Assembly: GCA_905331295.1 (NCBI GenBank)
Contig: CAJNYD010000113.1
Location: 1-64,000, forward strand
Direction of reading: 5' to 3'
Source: Rotaria socialis
Lineage: Eukaryota
Length of the DNA: 64,000 bases
Part shown: in pieces, positions 1-12,135 of the stretch
Position numbering within the stretch: the stretch's first letter is position 1
Layout of the letters: each line of letters starts with the position of its first letter
The notes under the pieces: model-generated
Database searches by the model: none
What the model saw: the letters and a program-made list of their open reading frames with translations, nothing else
Told to the model about the DNA's origin: nothing
Translations under genes and position numbers: made by a program

Positions 1-480
1 TCTTGCGTTTAAACGAGGTTTTTATCATTTTTGGTTGTCGAGATCATCGAGTCACAAAACGACAGAAAAGATGCGTACGATCTCAAGTAAAAAAGGAAAA
101 AAAAAAAAAACTCGCGACGGACTACAGAAATGCTTCTGCTTTGCATCGCATTAAAAAGCAGATGTCATAAGTAGCAATGATAGCATACTCGATACAAAAC
201 CTTAGTCTGTCTGTCTGTCTGACTTTCTTTCTTTCTATGCCTAAGAAAAGCAGGGTGTTAATAAACCAATCGCATCTGTTAGTGTAGGAGTGAGCGAACA
301 AACAAACATGATAAGATCATAGAATAGCATATTTAGCTTACTGCTGCCATAAAAAAAATCTAAACAACGACGAATTCATTACATCCAATAGAATACAAAA
401 TCAATATTTATCTCGGTTATTAACACATGCAAAGTAAAATTAAACAGTTACTGTTTAAAAAAGAACGGACGCATTCGTAG

Positions 481-512
<32 letters not shown>

Positions 513-2275
513 AAATGTATACTTACACAAGTATTCAATATTGTGTAATAAAAACCTTCGTGATGAATATTATGTGCAAGCGGATTAATGTGAGAGGAGC
601 TAATTTATGCAATTCTTTTTCTATACCGATAATTAAGAAAGCTACTCAAAATATTATGAAAGCATTAAAATAGTTTTAAAACAAAATTATGCAGAATACG
701 TTATCATGTTTGTAGTTATGCGATACCATTATAGCATGCAGAAAATTCAATATACTTCCGATAACATATATTGATTAAATGTGGTGCACAATTATTAATA
801 ATAAAATAATTCGGAGATGTAGTTTATGTCATGTGTTTCTGACATTGTTTTCTACAGAGAGAAGTTTATGAGAAAATGCTTTAGAGGAGAATCGTTCTGA
901 ACAAAGTGACTGAGTTCAGATGAACATAATTTAGATTTAGTGACTTCTAACGAAATCAATTAAAAACTTGTATTTTCGTTTTAGCTGAGTTGCTTGTTTT
1001 TAAAGATTCTCCCCAAATCTATGAATCTAAATTAGAAAAAAAGATATTTTGCTATTCTGCCAATAACATGGCAATTACTATAACTCAAAAGAAAAGTCCT
1101 GCAGTGTCATTGATCCAAAAAAAAAACATCGAAGCTATTCAACGTGAATAAAATACATAATACAGTCAAAGAATAGTAATAGATTTGTGTAGATATATAA
1201 ATAGGTAATCTGTTAAAATCTATGATTCTAAGGCAGAAGTGATAATTACAAGATGTTTTTCTTGAAAACTGTGATCATAACGTAAGAAAAAATCTGAATA
1301 TTAAATGAGAACGAGTATCACACGTCAGTAAATGCGTCATAAGAAGACTTATTCAAACAACTCAAAAGAGAATTATAACATTTAGTACGTCACAAATGAG
1401 CCAGATAATTCATAGTATGCCATTCTGAATCATCATGAGTTGTAAGCCGTCATCAGGAAAGAAACGATCAGTAATGCTGATGATGCATTTCGATCGAACC
1501 ATTTTTTTTTTCATTTCTGTGCTTTTTCCGATATTACAATGGGAGAGAGAGGAAAGTATGATTATTTTTATACTGTGAAAAACATGCACCAATGATGATA
1601 TGAATTTATCTATTGAGAAATTCCTGGTGATAGTGAATTATCTGTTACAATCAGACAAAGGAATTATTTCATTGGAGAGTATATAAAAAATAGAATATTT
1701 TAATTTAGTTTTTATCATCGAAAATAGGTAGGCGGTTAGATAAAGCATTTTCTTTTATATTAGAATAATTGTATACCTTGATTTCAACTAATATTTAAAA
1801 AAACATCATTCAATTAAATAGTTTAATCTAAGCTAAATAATCAAATAGTCACTATTACTTGCAAGGGTACTCTATGTAAGATTTTGTTTTTATGTAATAA
1901 AAAGCGTCATCTAGATGTCGTAGTTTCTTTTCTATTTGCAATGGGCAAGGCTGTCTTCTTGTTTTCTTTCTTTTATTATTTTTATTCCCCGATTCAGGTA
2001 AGAACAGAAGAAGAATAAAGCATAGCAGCATGGTGTTGCCAAGCGTTGCACTTAAATATATATATATATTGTATATATCCGTTAAAGAGAATGAGAGACG
2101 TGAAAAAACATTTTATAAAGATATATTCATATCGAAATGTTCCCATAGTGAAAACACTTAATTAAGTTATTGAAATGTGCGTTTTGGTTGCTACATAAGC
2201 TTTCAAAGTCCGATCATTTACAATATTTTTTTTTTATTATTGAAGTTTTTTACATAAAACAATTGCTGCAATATA

Positions 2276-3781
2276 ATGGCTACTCCTCGAACAGCCAATT
2301 CTGCACGAAAAGCACTAGCAAAAAAGAATGGTAACTTGATCGAAACTCATCTTGTTGTTTTTCTTTCTATAGTTATAATTTTTTTAAACCATATTTAATT
2401 AGCTTTAGGCAATTTTACAATCACATGTCCTCATTTAACCGATGAGAAGAAAATATCAGCTACTTATACGTAAATATAATTCAATAATAAAATGTATCTT
2501 TTTTTTATTGGTTTATCGTCTTCTTCTTTTTTTTAAATCTATAAACAGTCTCGAAGTACCATCAGGAATGACTACACTTACTTATCATGAACAAATTATT
2601 GAAGTTACTACAAAACAATTTGATACTCTTCGTGTACTTGGGCGTGGATGCTACGGAACTGTTCTTGCTGTAACAATTGAAGGCCATCCCGATGTTGAAA
2701 TGGCTGTTAAAGTAATAGATCGATATCGGTATTCATAGTTAAATATTCGATTTATCATAATAGAAAATAGCACTTGAAACACAAGAAGAACGTCGAGCAT
2801 CAACATATACAGATTTAACAACCATTCAAAATGTTGGATCACATAATTATCCCTATATAATTTCTTACTATGGAGCAGTTATCGATAAAGTAAAGTATCT
2901 CGTATGTCTAAATAGATTTTCATATTTTTAATATTATTTTTAACAGGAAAGCAGTGAATTACTTATTTGTGTAGAACTAATGAATGCATCAATGGAACGA
3001 TTCTATCAAGCTATGCATGCACACAATGTTTCTCCAACTGACTTTGATCAAATTCTATGTCGATTAACTCATAATGTAAGACATCTTCTATTGATTATTT
3101 AAAAAAAATATTATTATGAATTGAGTAAATAGATAACATCGGCACTTCATTTCCTTAAAACTCGTCGAATTTTACATCGTGATGTTAAGCCGCAAAATAT
3201 GCTAGTGAATAAACAAGCAGTCTTTAAATTATGTGATTTTGGTATTAGTCGTCAAATGCGTGTATCACAATCAATAGCTGATGGTGCTGTGCAAGGTACT
3301 GAAGCATATATGCCGGTATGTAAAGAAACCTAAATTTATATTTAAACTCAAATATTATAATCTACTAGCCTGAATTGATTGGGGATGTTGGCCAAACCTA
3401 TGGTATTCGTGCTGATATGTGGGCACTTGGTTTAAGTCTATTTGAGATTGTTAATGGAAAACAACCATTTGCAGGTATGACAGCCTTTCAAACGATGATG
3501 GCAATTCGAGCATGGGCTCCAACGATACCATCGAATCCAAAAATTTCCAATGATATGAAATGTCTTATTACATATTTGTATGTATATTTGTGTGCTTTAG
3601 CTTGTTTTTGTCTGACTGATTAACTTTTAGACTTAAGAGAAATGTTGATGAACGACCAAAGACTTATCTTGAAATACTTGAAATACCATCAATACAAAAT
3701 GTTACTGAACATCCATCCGATGAAGAAATCAAATTTGTAACTTATATTCTTGATAATCTACCTCCATTAACTGAATTCTAA
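2276..3781 (+). CDS. MAP kinase kinase (STE7/MAP2K family, MKK3/4/6/7-like), 8 exons
   Basis: Spliced reading: MATPRTANSARKALAKKN|ALGNFTI... LGRGCYGTV (Gly loop), MAVK, TDL (alphaC Asp typical of stress MAP2Ks), HRDVKPQNML, DFGIS, YMP|PE, YGIRADMWALGLSL, ending LPPLTEF*. Intron phases are consistent (exon1 2276-2330, exon2 2403-2469, exon3 from 2549). Confidence 0.88.
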
Positions 3782-6700
3782 TTTTTTTTCTTTTCCCTCA
3801 TACAAATCATGTTTTTAAGACGTTCACTTTGTTTTATTTTATTTTATTTTTTCCGTTTATTTATGTCGAATAATAATGATTACTTTCGTAAACATATTTT
3901 TCATTTGTATACATTGCAAAGGGAATCGTTTCATTTAAGAATGGGGATGATGCATAAATCAATCAACTTTAGGTGTTCAATCGCATGTAGCTACTCACGA
4001 TTACTAATTGTATCTTGAACCGATATTAGTTTTCTTAATTTGGAACTCAATTGACACTCTTTCCTTCCTTGAATTCAAAGTTTACAATTTCTTAACTTAT
4101 ATTTCAAATAAAGAAATCAACTATTTAGCTATGCCATCTAGGAGCAATAAGAAAATGAGATTATCTTAAATTCGGAAAACAAAAACAAGTAGTTTAAGAT
4201 TCGTTTGAATCTTATTGTTTCTAAAATTCGAAAAATGTAGCCTAATTTACATCTAATTGATACTGTTGAAGCTAGCATACATTGCAGTATCACTATAGAA
4301 TTTCATAATTGTAGATACCTACATAAATGCTGGTCACATCCTTATCATGTAAAAGTAAGTATTCTTTTCAATAACTGAAATAGTGCTTAACGAATGCGTG
4401 ACTGAAAACTATCCTATCGAATATAATTCATTCTGTAGATATGTATAACATTTTATTAAAATTAATTAGTTTTTTTTTACAGAACAAATTGAAAATCATT
4501 TGAAAGGTGGTAGCCATGCCGACTTCAGTGTGAATTTGTGAACATGAGTATTCGTTTAGGACACATCTAAATTTCTAAATAAATTAAAGATAATCATAGA
4601 TCATTATTAGGTCTTAAAGATTTTGTGTAACGTCGAAAATTTCAATCACAAAATTCAAATTGATTCTTTGATAAATAATTTTGCTTTTGTATAGATTTCA
4701 TATCATGCAGATTGTTTCAACCGTAAATGAAGAAACAATTAATATGATTTCATTTTACTAGTGTACATCTAGTTAATTATTTATATGAATGAATTTGAGT
4801 AGCAGATGATAGAATTCAATGAGCATCAATCGTTTTTATTAAGAAAACTCGTATGATTTTTCGACAATCAAGTGGTACAATTTCACAGCAAATTAGGTCA
4901 TACAGCTGTTAAATTAGGTTTTAAAATGCAGCATGCTTAAAAAGCATCAGTTGACTGAAAACATAAAAACTAAATATTATACGAAGCAGAACTCATTGTA
5001 AACATAAGAACTTTTGTTTGATCGTATAGCTGACTTTTAAACTGTTGAAATATTGTTTTTTTTTGCGAAAAGGACTACATGTAAATCATACACTTTATAC
5101 GATGTATATCTTTCAAGAACAAATTTGAGCAGTTTCAATAGTTAAAATCTCCAATAACTATAAAAACATTTTTTTTATTCAAGAAATCAAATAATAATGA
5201 TTAAAGCATCTATACTCTGGTGAACTGAAAATATCTATTAATATCTACTTAGTTTAAAGAATATTTTGTAAAGTTTCTTGACTACCAAATGTTTGCCGGA
5301 AAATATTAACATATTGAACACTATCTCTTTAAAACAAATAACATATATTCGTCTAAAAACTTCAAGTGACTATGCATATTAATAGAACTTTGGAAAGATT
5401 AACTTTCGAAGCTTCAAACACCATCGTTCATATAAAATACTACATGTTAATAGTTTTCAAAAGACTTCTAGATGTCAGAAAACATCCCAACTAATGAATC
5501 TTATCGTAACAATGAGATAGCAGCATGTTTAAACGGTGAAGAAATACGTATTGAATATTTTAAATCCAGAGGAGATCATTCAAAGTGTTCCCTGTTTTCA
5601 AGTAACTAAGAATTATTACGTAACAATTGATAGAGATATTATCCATGAGATTTTCTTATGAAATATTGATTTTATTCAAAGGTTTCATGACATGTTAAAG
5701 AAAACTGAGGGGTTGAATGAAAAATTGACATCGCGAAAGCTCAAGATTCATACTAATTAAAATGAAGTCTAAACTTATAATCACAATAAAAGTTAGGGAC
5801 AATGCAGTATCAACAAGTATTTAGCAATCAGTCACACCAAAGAAAACAATATTAGAACGAAACTGAACAAATAAATGTATCTAATCAAATATATATATAT
5901 ATATCAAGTATATTAACCGTTAAAAAGTGTCTAGTAGTCACGCATATCTGCGTGGATTTAAGAGATTTGAATTTCGGGTATTGGACTTTAACCTGGCTAG
6001 AATATCAGACCAAAAACGAGTCGATTACCTTCAGACGAATAACATGTATACATTTCCTTTTCATTCGTTTTAGTCTTGAACAAGCTCTCCTCTTGACATT
6101 TTTCTGAAATTATTTTATGCTAGTCCTAATTCTTAGATCAAGAAAGTTATCTGTAGCAAGTCTTATCGTTGTCTGAAAGGTCGTCCCTTGTCTCTTTTCG
6201 TGATTAGATCCACTGTGAAACTTCATTTGTACGTCTATAAAAAACAGCGTTTTTTGAACACTTCTTTTATGACATATACGGGGAATCAGTCAATTAATTG
6301 AGTAGATTCCTAGTTCTTTTTTGCTGTTTTCATAAGAAAAATTATTATTCTGACTGAAATCGATTCAATATCAGCCAACAACGACATTGTTTTCGATACT
6401 CACAAGTATTTTGCATTTCAATGCAGTGTCCTACCTACTAATTATGACCAGGTAAATGTTAACAATGGTTAGAACTCGGACAAATCTATTGAACAATCTA
6501 TAATCTAAAGTGAGTCAATACTTGCAAAGTACAATAGTAGTGGAATTATACGATAGGTGTCTTTTTATGTTATGAATAAGTCATTAATTTTCTTTTTAAA
6601 AAAATAAAATGAAAGAAACATAGTTTCTCATCTTCTTTCAAAATTATTCGATAGAAGAATATAATAAGCTTTTCTTTAACATATTATTCAAATTAGTAGG

Positions 6701-6951
6701 GTTAAAGATCTTTCATATATAGATCTTGTATTGTATGACGCTATAGTACACATAGCTAGATAATATCAATTTTCTATGTAGTTATGCTCAGTTTAATTCA
6801 AACTACAATCTACTCGTTCTTGTTGAATTAATTATTGAAAATAAAAGAAATAAAATTTCGAGAGAGAACTATTGCCGTTCTTAGAAAAAGCTAATATTTT
6901 CCCTCATTTTTATTCAATGCAAGTAAAATAAATCGTTTACAAATTTATGTA

Positions 6952-7539
6952 CTATTTCATTTTTTTCCGAATAGTTTGTTGAATTGTTTCTTTTTCCCAG
7001 TTTTCTAATTCTCGTTCTTCTATATTGAATAAATCATTTGTATTTAATGTTGGATTACAAAAATACAATGAACCATCTTCATTCTGGAAAAATCTTGCTT
7101 TAAATTGAAAAGATTTGGAATCTTTGTAAATATTAAAATACCATTTTTCTAGTTGATCATGTTGTATAGCATTCTCCAATTTATAATTACAACATTGATC
7201 GCAAACAAGTAGAATGACGTTTTTAATTTGAATATCTTTTGGATACAATACTAAACCAAGTTTTAATCGTTTACACAAGCAATTATGAATTGAACAACTA
7301 AATTGACTTGACAAAGTTGACGTTAGTTTATTAATCGGAAGATTTTCATTATTAGTGCATGTTAAATTAAAATATGGCTCGATTGGATGCATTGCAGAGG
7401 ATATATCATCGAATATAAAATTCGAATATTGTGAACAATGTTGAGAATTTCTATCGTAATGCTTTGATAAAATAAAAACAGCTCACCTGTACGGAAGATA
7501 CAACAAGAATAAGATAGTTATCTTATTTTTATAATACAT
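6952..7539 (-). CDS. Small cysteine-rich protein of unknown family, possibly secreted (2 exons)
   Basis: ORF 6952-7392 stays open upstream to ~7450. A 36-nt GT-AG intron (7451-7486) joins it to MYYKNKITILFLLYLPYR, a basic-then-hydrophobic N-terminus. Nine Cys in the spliced product. Confidence 0.55.
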
Positions 7540-8287
7540 TTCTTCAACACATAAATATTCCTTCGATGAATCAAATCTATGACAAAGGCAAATCTAACGA
7601 CAATTATAATGTGTATTTTAGAATTAAAGTAAACATATTTTGGATTTTCTTAAGTTTTCGAATGATGTGAAGGTGATGATCTTGTTAATGAAAAAATGTC
7701 ATGCCTCTCCTACACTGTAGGATATGTAAATTTTAAACAGAAGTAAACGCCAAAATGTCATGTAAGGCAAACAATGATTCAGAGATTTTTTTCTTTCGTG
7801 TTGTCCTCGATGCTCTACGGTACGGCAACCAGAGGACCAGTTTTTTCCTTGTTTACTTGTGTATTTAACATGAAGTAGGCAGTATTGACACTTGCCATTG
7901 AAGGGGTAGTGTTGTCATTGTAGATTAATATATTACACCTGTCATCTCAATGAAAAGAAAAGTTTTTTTTTTCATGACATTCATAGTAAAAGACTCCGGG
8001 TAAAAGTAAACATTAAAAAAAACAGTTTACTTATCCGATACTATTAACATTTTTCTAGCTAAGCTAAGTATGAGGATAAAATACCAAAGAATTTGTAGTT
8101 TAAGGTATGAACTTCGGATTTTGAAATGAACTCGTACAGAAAGAGAATAGAATATTGAATAATATTTATAGGAGAGAATATTCTCTGTAGTTGTAGTTTT
8201 TTTCTTTGAAATGCAAAGCAAAAAAAAACACAAATATATATATATATAACTATACATATACACATTGAACAACAATTCAATTAACAA

Positions 8288-10709
8288 TTATATAATAACT
8301 GTTTTAGAACTATAATTTGTCATCAAAGAATTTGATGAGAATCTGTATGAATCTGTTGGTGTCGTGGGTGTAGATGATGGTGCCCATGGTTCTTGTTTTG
8401 TTTCTAATATCAGATTATCCGTATGTGCTCTTAAATGATCACTGAATTTTTTTAAAGGTACCCATTTCATGCACTGTTTCCATAAACATCGTTGAATCTT
8501 AACAAAAGAAAAGATGAATATTTGCCATAAGAAACAAAAAACAAAAATTCTAAATGATTATTACAGTAGATGAATGTTGAACATGAAAAAGTCGAGCATG
8601 AATAAAAACATCTTCGCGACGAGAAAAAGGCTGTCGACAATTTGCATACTGAAAGAAAATAAGAAATATTTATTGAACTGAAAATGCTATTCATAAAATC
8701 TTACTTCACATCTGTAGACTTGATTAATATCACATTGTAATACTTCAATTATACCACTTTCCATTCCACAATAGACCTAATTTTTAGAAAAATATTCGAA
8801 ATAGAAAAGAAACAAACAAAATTTTATTGATAAATACAAGATTATTTTTATAGATCATTGAAATAATCGATTGACTTGTTGATGTTGTTAACTGTTGAAT
8901 AAGTTCATGTGTTTCAATATTAAATATTTTAATAAGGCCATCAAGTGATGAAGCAATTAAGAGATGTTGTTGTTGATTCATAGCAATATTTGTTACAGCT
9001 TTTTCAAAATCTTTATATTCATATATAATAGTACCATTGAGAAAATTATGTACAATGATTTTTTTATCTGCTGAACAACTATATAATAAATGATGAGTTG
9101 AATCAACAATTAATTGACGCGGAGATTTTGTATGACCTAATAATTAATCATAATAAATATTTCTGTTCAAAGAATAAATTTGTCGCAACTATATATTTCA
9201 CCTGTCAATGTCAATCGTCGTTGTTCATTTAGTAGAGAAATAACAACAATAGATCCATCGAACGAAGATGCAATCAATAAATGACGACCATCTGGATCAC
9301 GTGTAGCGGCTACTGCCGATACAACATATGGCGAACATTTAATAGTATGAATAACACACATCTTTTATATACGAATAAATACATGAGAACTCGAGAAAAG
9401 AAAAAGTCAACTAAACAATAACTTACTTTTTTTAAAGAAATAAATGCTACTTCACCGGAACCTAATCCAACCATTAAAATATGAAATTTTACAGCTGTAC
9501 AATGAACAGGTGCAGCCAACGTTATTTCACCTTTGGATTCATGTAATGGATGATCACGAAATAGTCTGACTGTTTGATCAAAACCAGCAACACATAATAT
9601 TGTACTACTGAATCGTTTACAATGTGCAACTTGTAATGTTTGTGAACCACCATTTGGTGTAAATATTGCTTGATGACGTGGATGTTCACTAAGTGTTTGA
9701 ATTTGATAAAATCGTACTTGTCCATTCAATGAACATGAATAAAGTAAACCACGATACATGCGTAAGCAAACAATAGGACTTTGATGTTTTGTCGTTATAA
9801 TACCAGCTCGTGGTTGTTGATATTTTGTACGTTGATAAGTTTTACCTAATCGACGACGATGCATCATACGCCAAACTTTATAATAATTTACTCGTGGATG
9901 ATACTGTATTGAATTTATTTTTGCTGACATTAATGGATCACAACCAGGACGACGACGCTTAAGAACATTACCGAGAATTTCTGGGCCAACTCTTGATCGA
10001 GCTGTTGTACGAAATAAACCTGAACATGTACCAAGTAAAAAATCGATCAGTTGTGGACCAGATATGGTTATTAATTCGTATGATAAATCATCATCAACAT
10101 TCTAATTTAATTGAAAAAAAAAAGACAGAGACATAGTATTTGGTACTACGCTATAAATCTTATAGATAAATTTTAATTGTTTGATTACTGTGACTATCAA
10201 TCCAAAGATATCATTATAGTTTGATGAATTTTTATACAAACAAAGAATATGCTTTTCCATAGATTTCTATTAAATTCTCAACTGATTAATATTCCGTAGT
10301 ATTTCAATCATCTTAAAATCGAGATATTAATTTGCAATTTTTTTGTATGTACCTGTTCGTCAGATAATTTTTCAAGGTGATCTCGAACAAAGAAAACTTT
10401 CATTTCAAATGGCACGGTTTGTTCAGATGTTTTTCGTAAAGTATTTGAATGTAACGTATTGGATTTATTTTTCAGTGATTTATTAAACAATAGTCGTGCC
10501 ATTTTATCCATATCTTTTCGTTCAACAAAATGATGCTGTAATTTTGATTTTTCAGCAATTTGTAAACATAGTTGAGCGAGAATATCGCGACCGCGACGAG
10601 ATGTTAATGAACCAAGAAATTTACAGTTGACAGCCGATGATGATGATGCAGATGGCATAGCAGGCAGACCTGAGCCAGAAGTGCCATCATCAACTTCCAT
10701 GTCGGTCAT
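8288..10709 (-). CDS. ZNF106-like protein: WD40 repeats followed by two C2H2 zinc fingers
   Basis: WD40-type segments (LYSCSLNGQVRFY, VAGFDQTVRLF, IASSFDGSIVV, SCSADKKIIVHN, IASSLDGLIKIFN), then CEYANCRQPFSRREDVFIHARLFH and CLWKQCMKWVPLKKFSDHLRAH after splicing. A WD40 block followed by two C-terminal C2H2 fingers is the ZNF106 C-terminal architecture. First intron 10102-10352 is phase 0. Confidence 0.75.
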
Positions 10710-12135
10710 TTATTTTTATTTTGAATAAATTGAACGATCAAATAGATATAACTTTATGCAAAAAATAATTAACCATCGAATCTAAGCAATATTATATGTT
10801 TAATACTTGTTCAAACAATATGGTCATATCGATCTCATGTAATTCAGGATACTAATTGGTTTCAATCTACCAATGAGACAGTACTGTCTACCTCTATAAT
10901 GTTACACAATATCATAGACTATATATCGAAAAATCAATCATTAAGAGTCCTTTTTTTATTCTAATAACATTCACAGCACTTATTTTAGTTGGAATCAAAG
11001 AATGTGTTGCTAGAGAAGCAGCTGATTAAATTAGATACATATTTGAAATATATGACTTTCTATGTACAGATGCCGCCCTGTTACTCGAATAAGTGCTGTC
11101 ACTTGATGAGTGATGCAATAAAATATAATTACTTAATCATACATCATTCAATATAATGTTTATTATGTTCAGTTCTTATTTAGTAGAAACACCAAAATCG
11201 AATGAACAGACTCATAGTATGGATAGGCAATTCAAAATGCGTTTTGAAAAGTCTTGTAACTTCTCAAACAATTTTTATGCTACGAATGGAAAAAGTACCT
11301 GAACATCATATAGAAAATTTCAAATCTTTACGCACATTGCCAATTCCAAGTGAGGAATATTTTTTTAATATTTCAGCCCGAGTATGTAAGCCAGAATTGT
11401 GAATAGGGCACGTCAAAAATGAGCCAATTAATATGTGGCCTTCTCTGGTCCGCAGGCTTTTGCGGCAACAAAGTAGAATAACATATTATATCCTTATGAG
11501 AAGCCTAAGCATAGCTAAGAAAATTAAATTAGATAACAATAGAATCAATCATTATCAGGAGTACATGCAACCTTTCGAGTTGACACAATCGCTAACATTA
11601 CGAAGTCACGAAGAATCCTCTGAGTTGTTCTTAACCTAAAATCAATTTAAAAACAAATTTTCCTTTTTTTTTCATTTTATAAAACAAGCTTAAAAATTAT
11701 TCTTTCGTACTTTTCAATAGTTAATTTCATACTATAGATATATTTTTGACTTGTTTTATATCGCAAAAAATAGTGATCTACATAGTTACGCTGTATATCT
11801 CTAACAACACTTGATGTGTTAGCATTAATGACAATTCAAAGTTGAATAGGATAATGTCTCAGTGAGTACTTTATTTTTTTTAATAACCAGTTTCATAAAT
11901 CTCAAGTTCTTACAAAGAACTATATCCATTCTCAGATTCAACGCACAAAAATATTTTACAATTTCTTTTCTATCAAAATAAACAAGAAAAGTAGAGAAGG
12001 GATCGTGATTTCTACGCTATTTGCATTACAGGAGCGGTATTGTACATACAAATCAGGAAGAAAAAATTTACATAATAACAAACTTCTTAATAGCAAACAA
12101 ATAAAAACAAGGAAATAAACAAAAATTATCTACTA

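Noticed and set aside
1300..1600. Short minus-strand ORF with an ITDRFF motif, vaguely GPCR-like
   Set aside because: Too short and degenerate, with no flanking TM pattern in frame.
4020..6900. Long AT-rich intergenic stretch possibly containing transposon remnants
   Set aside because: No TIR pair, TSD or transposase motif could be identified by eye.
7451..7486. In-frame TGA as selenocysteine or read-through in the Cys-rich ORF
   Set aside because: The TGA lies within a good GTGAGC donor of a GT-AG intron, and I see no SECIS-like structure downstream.
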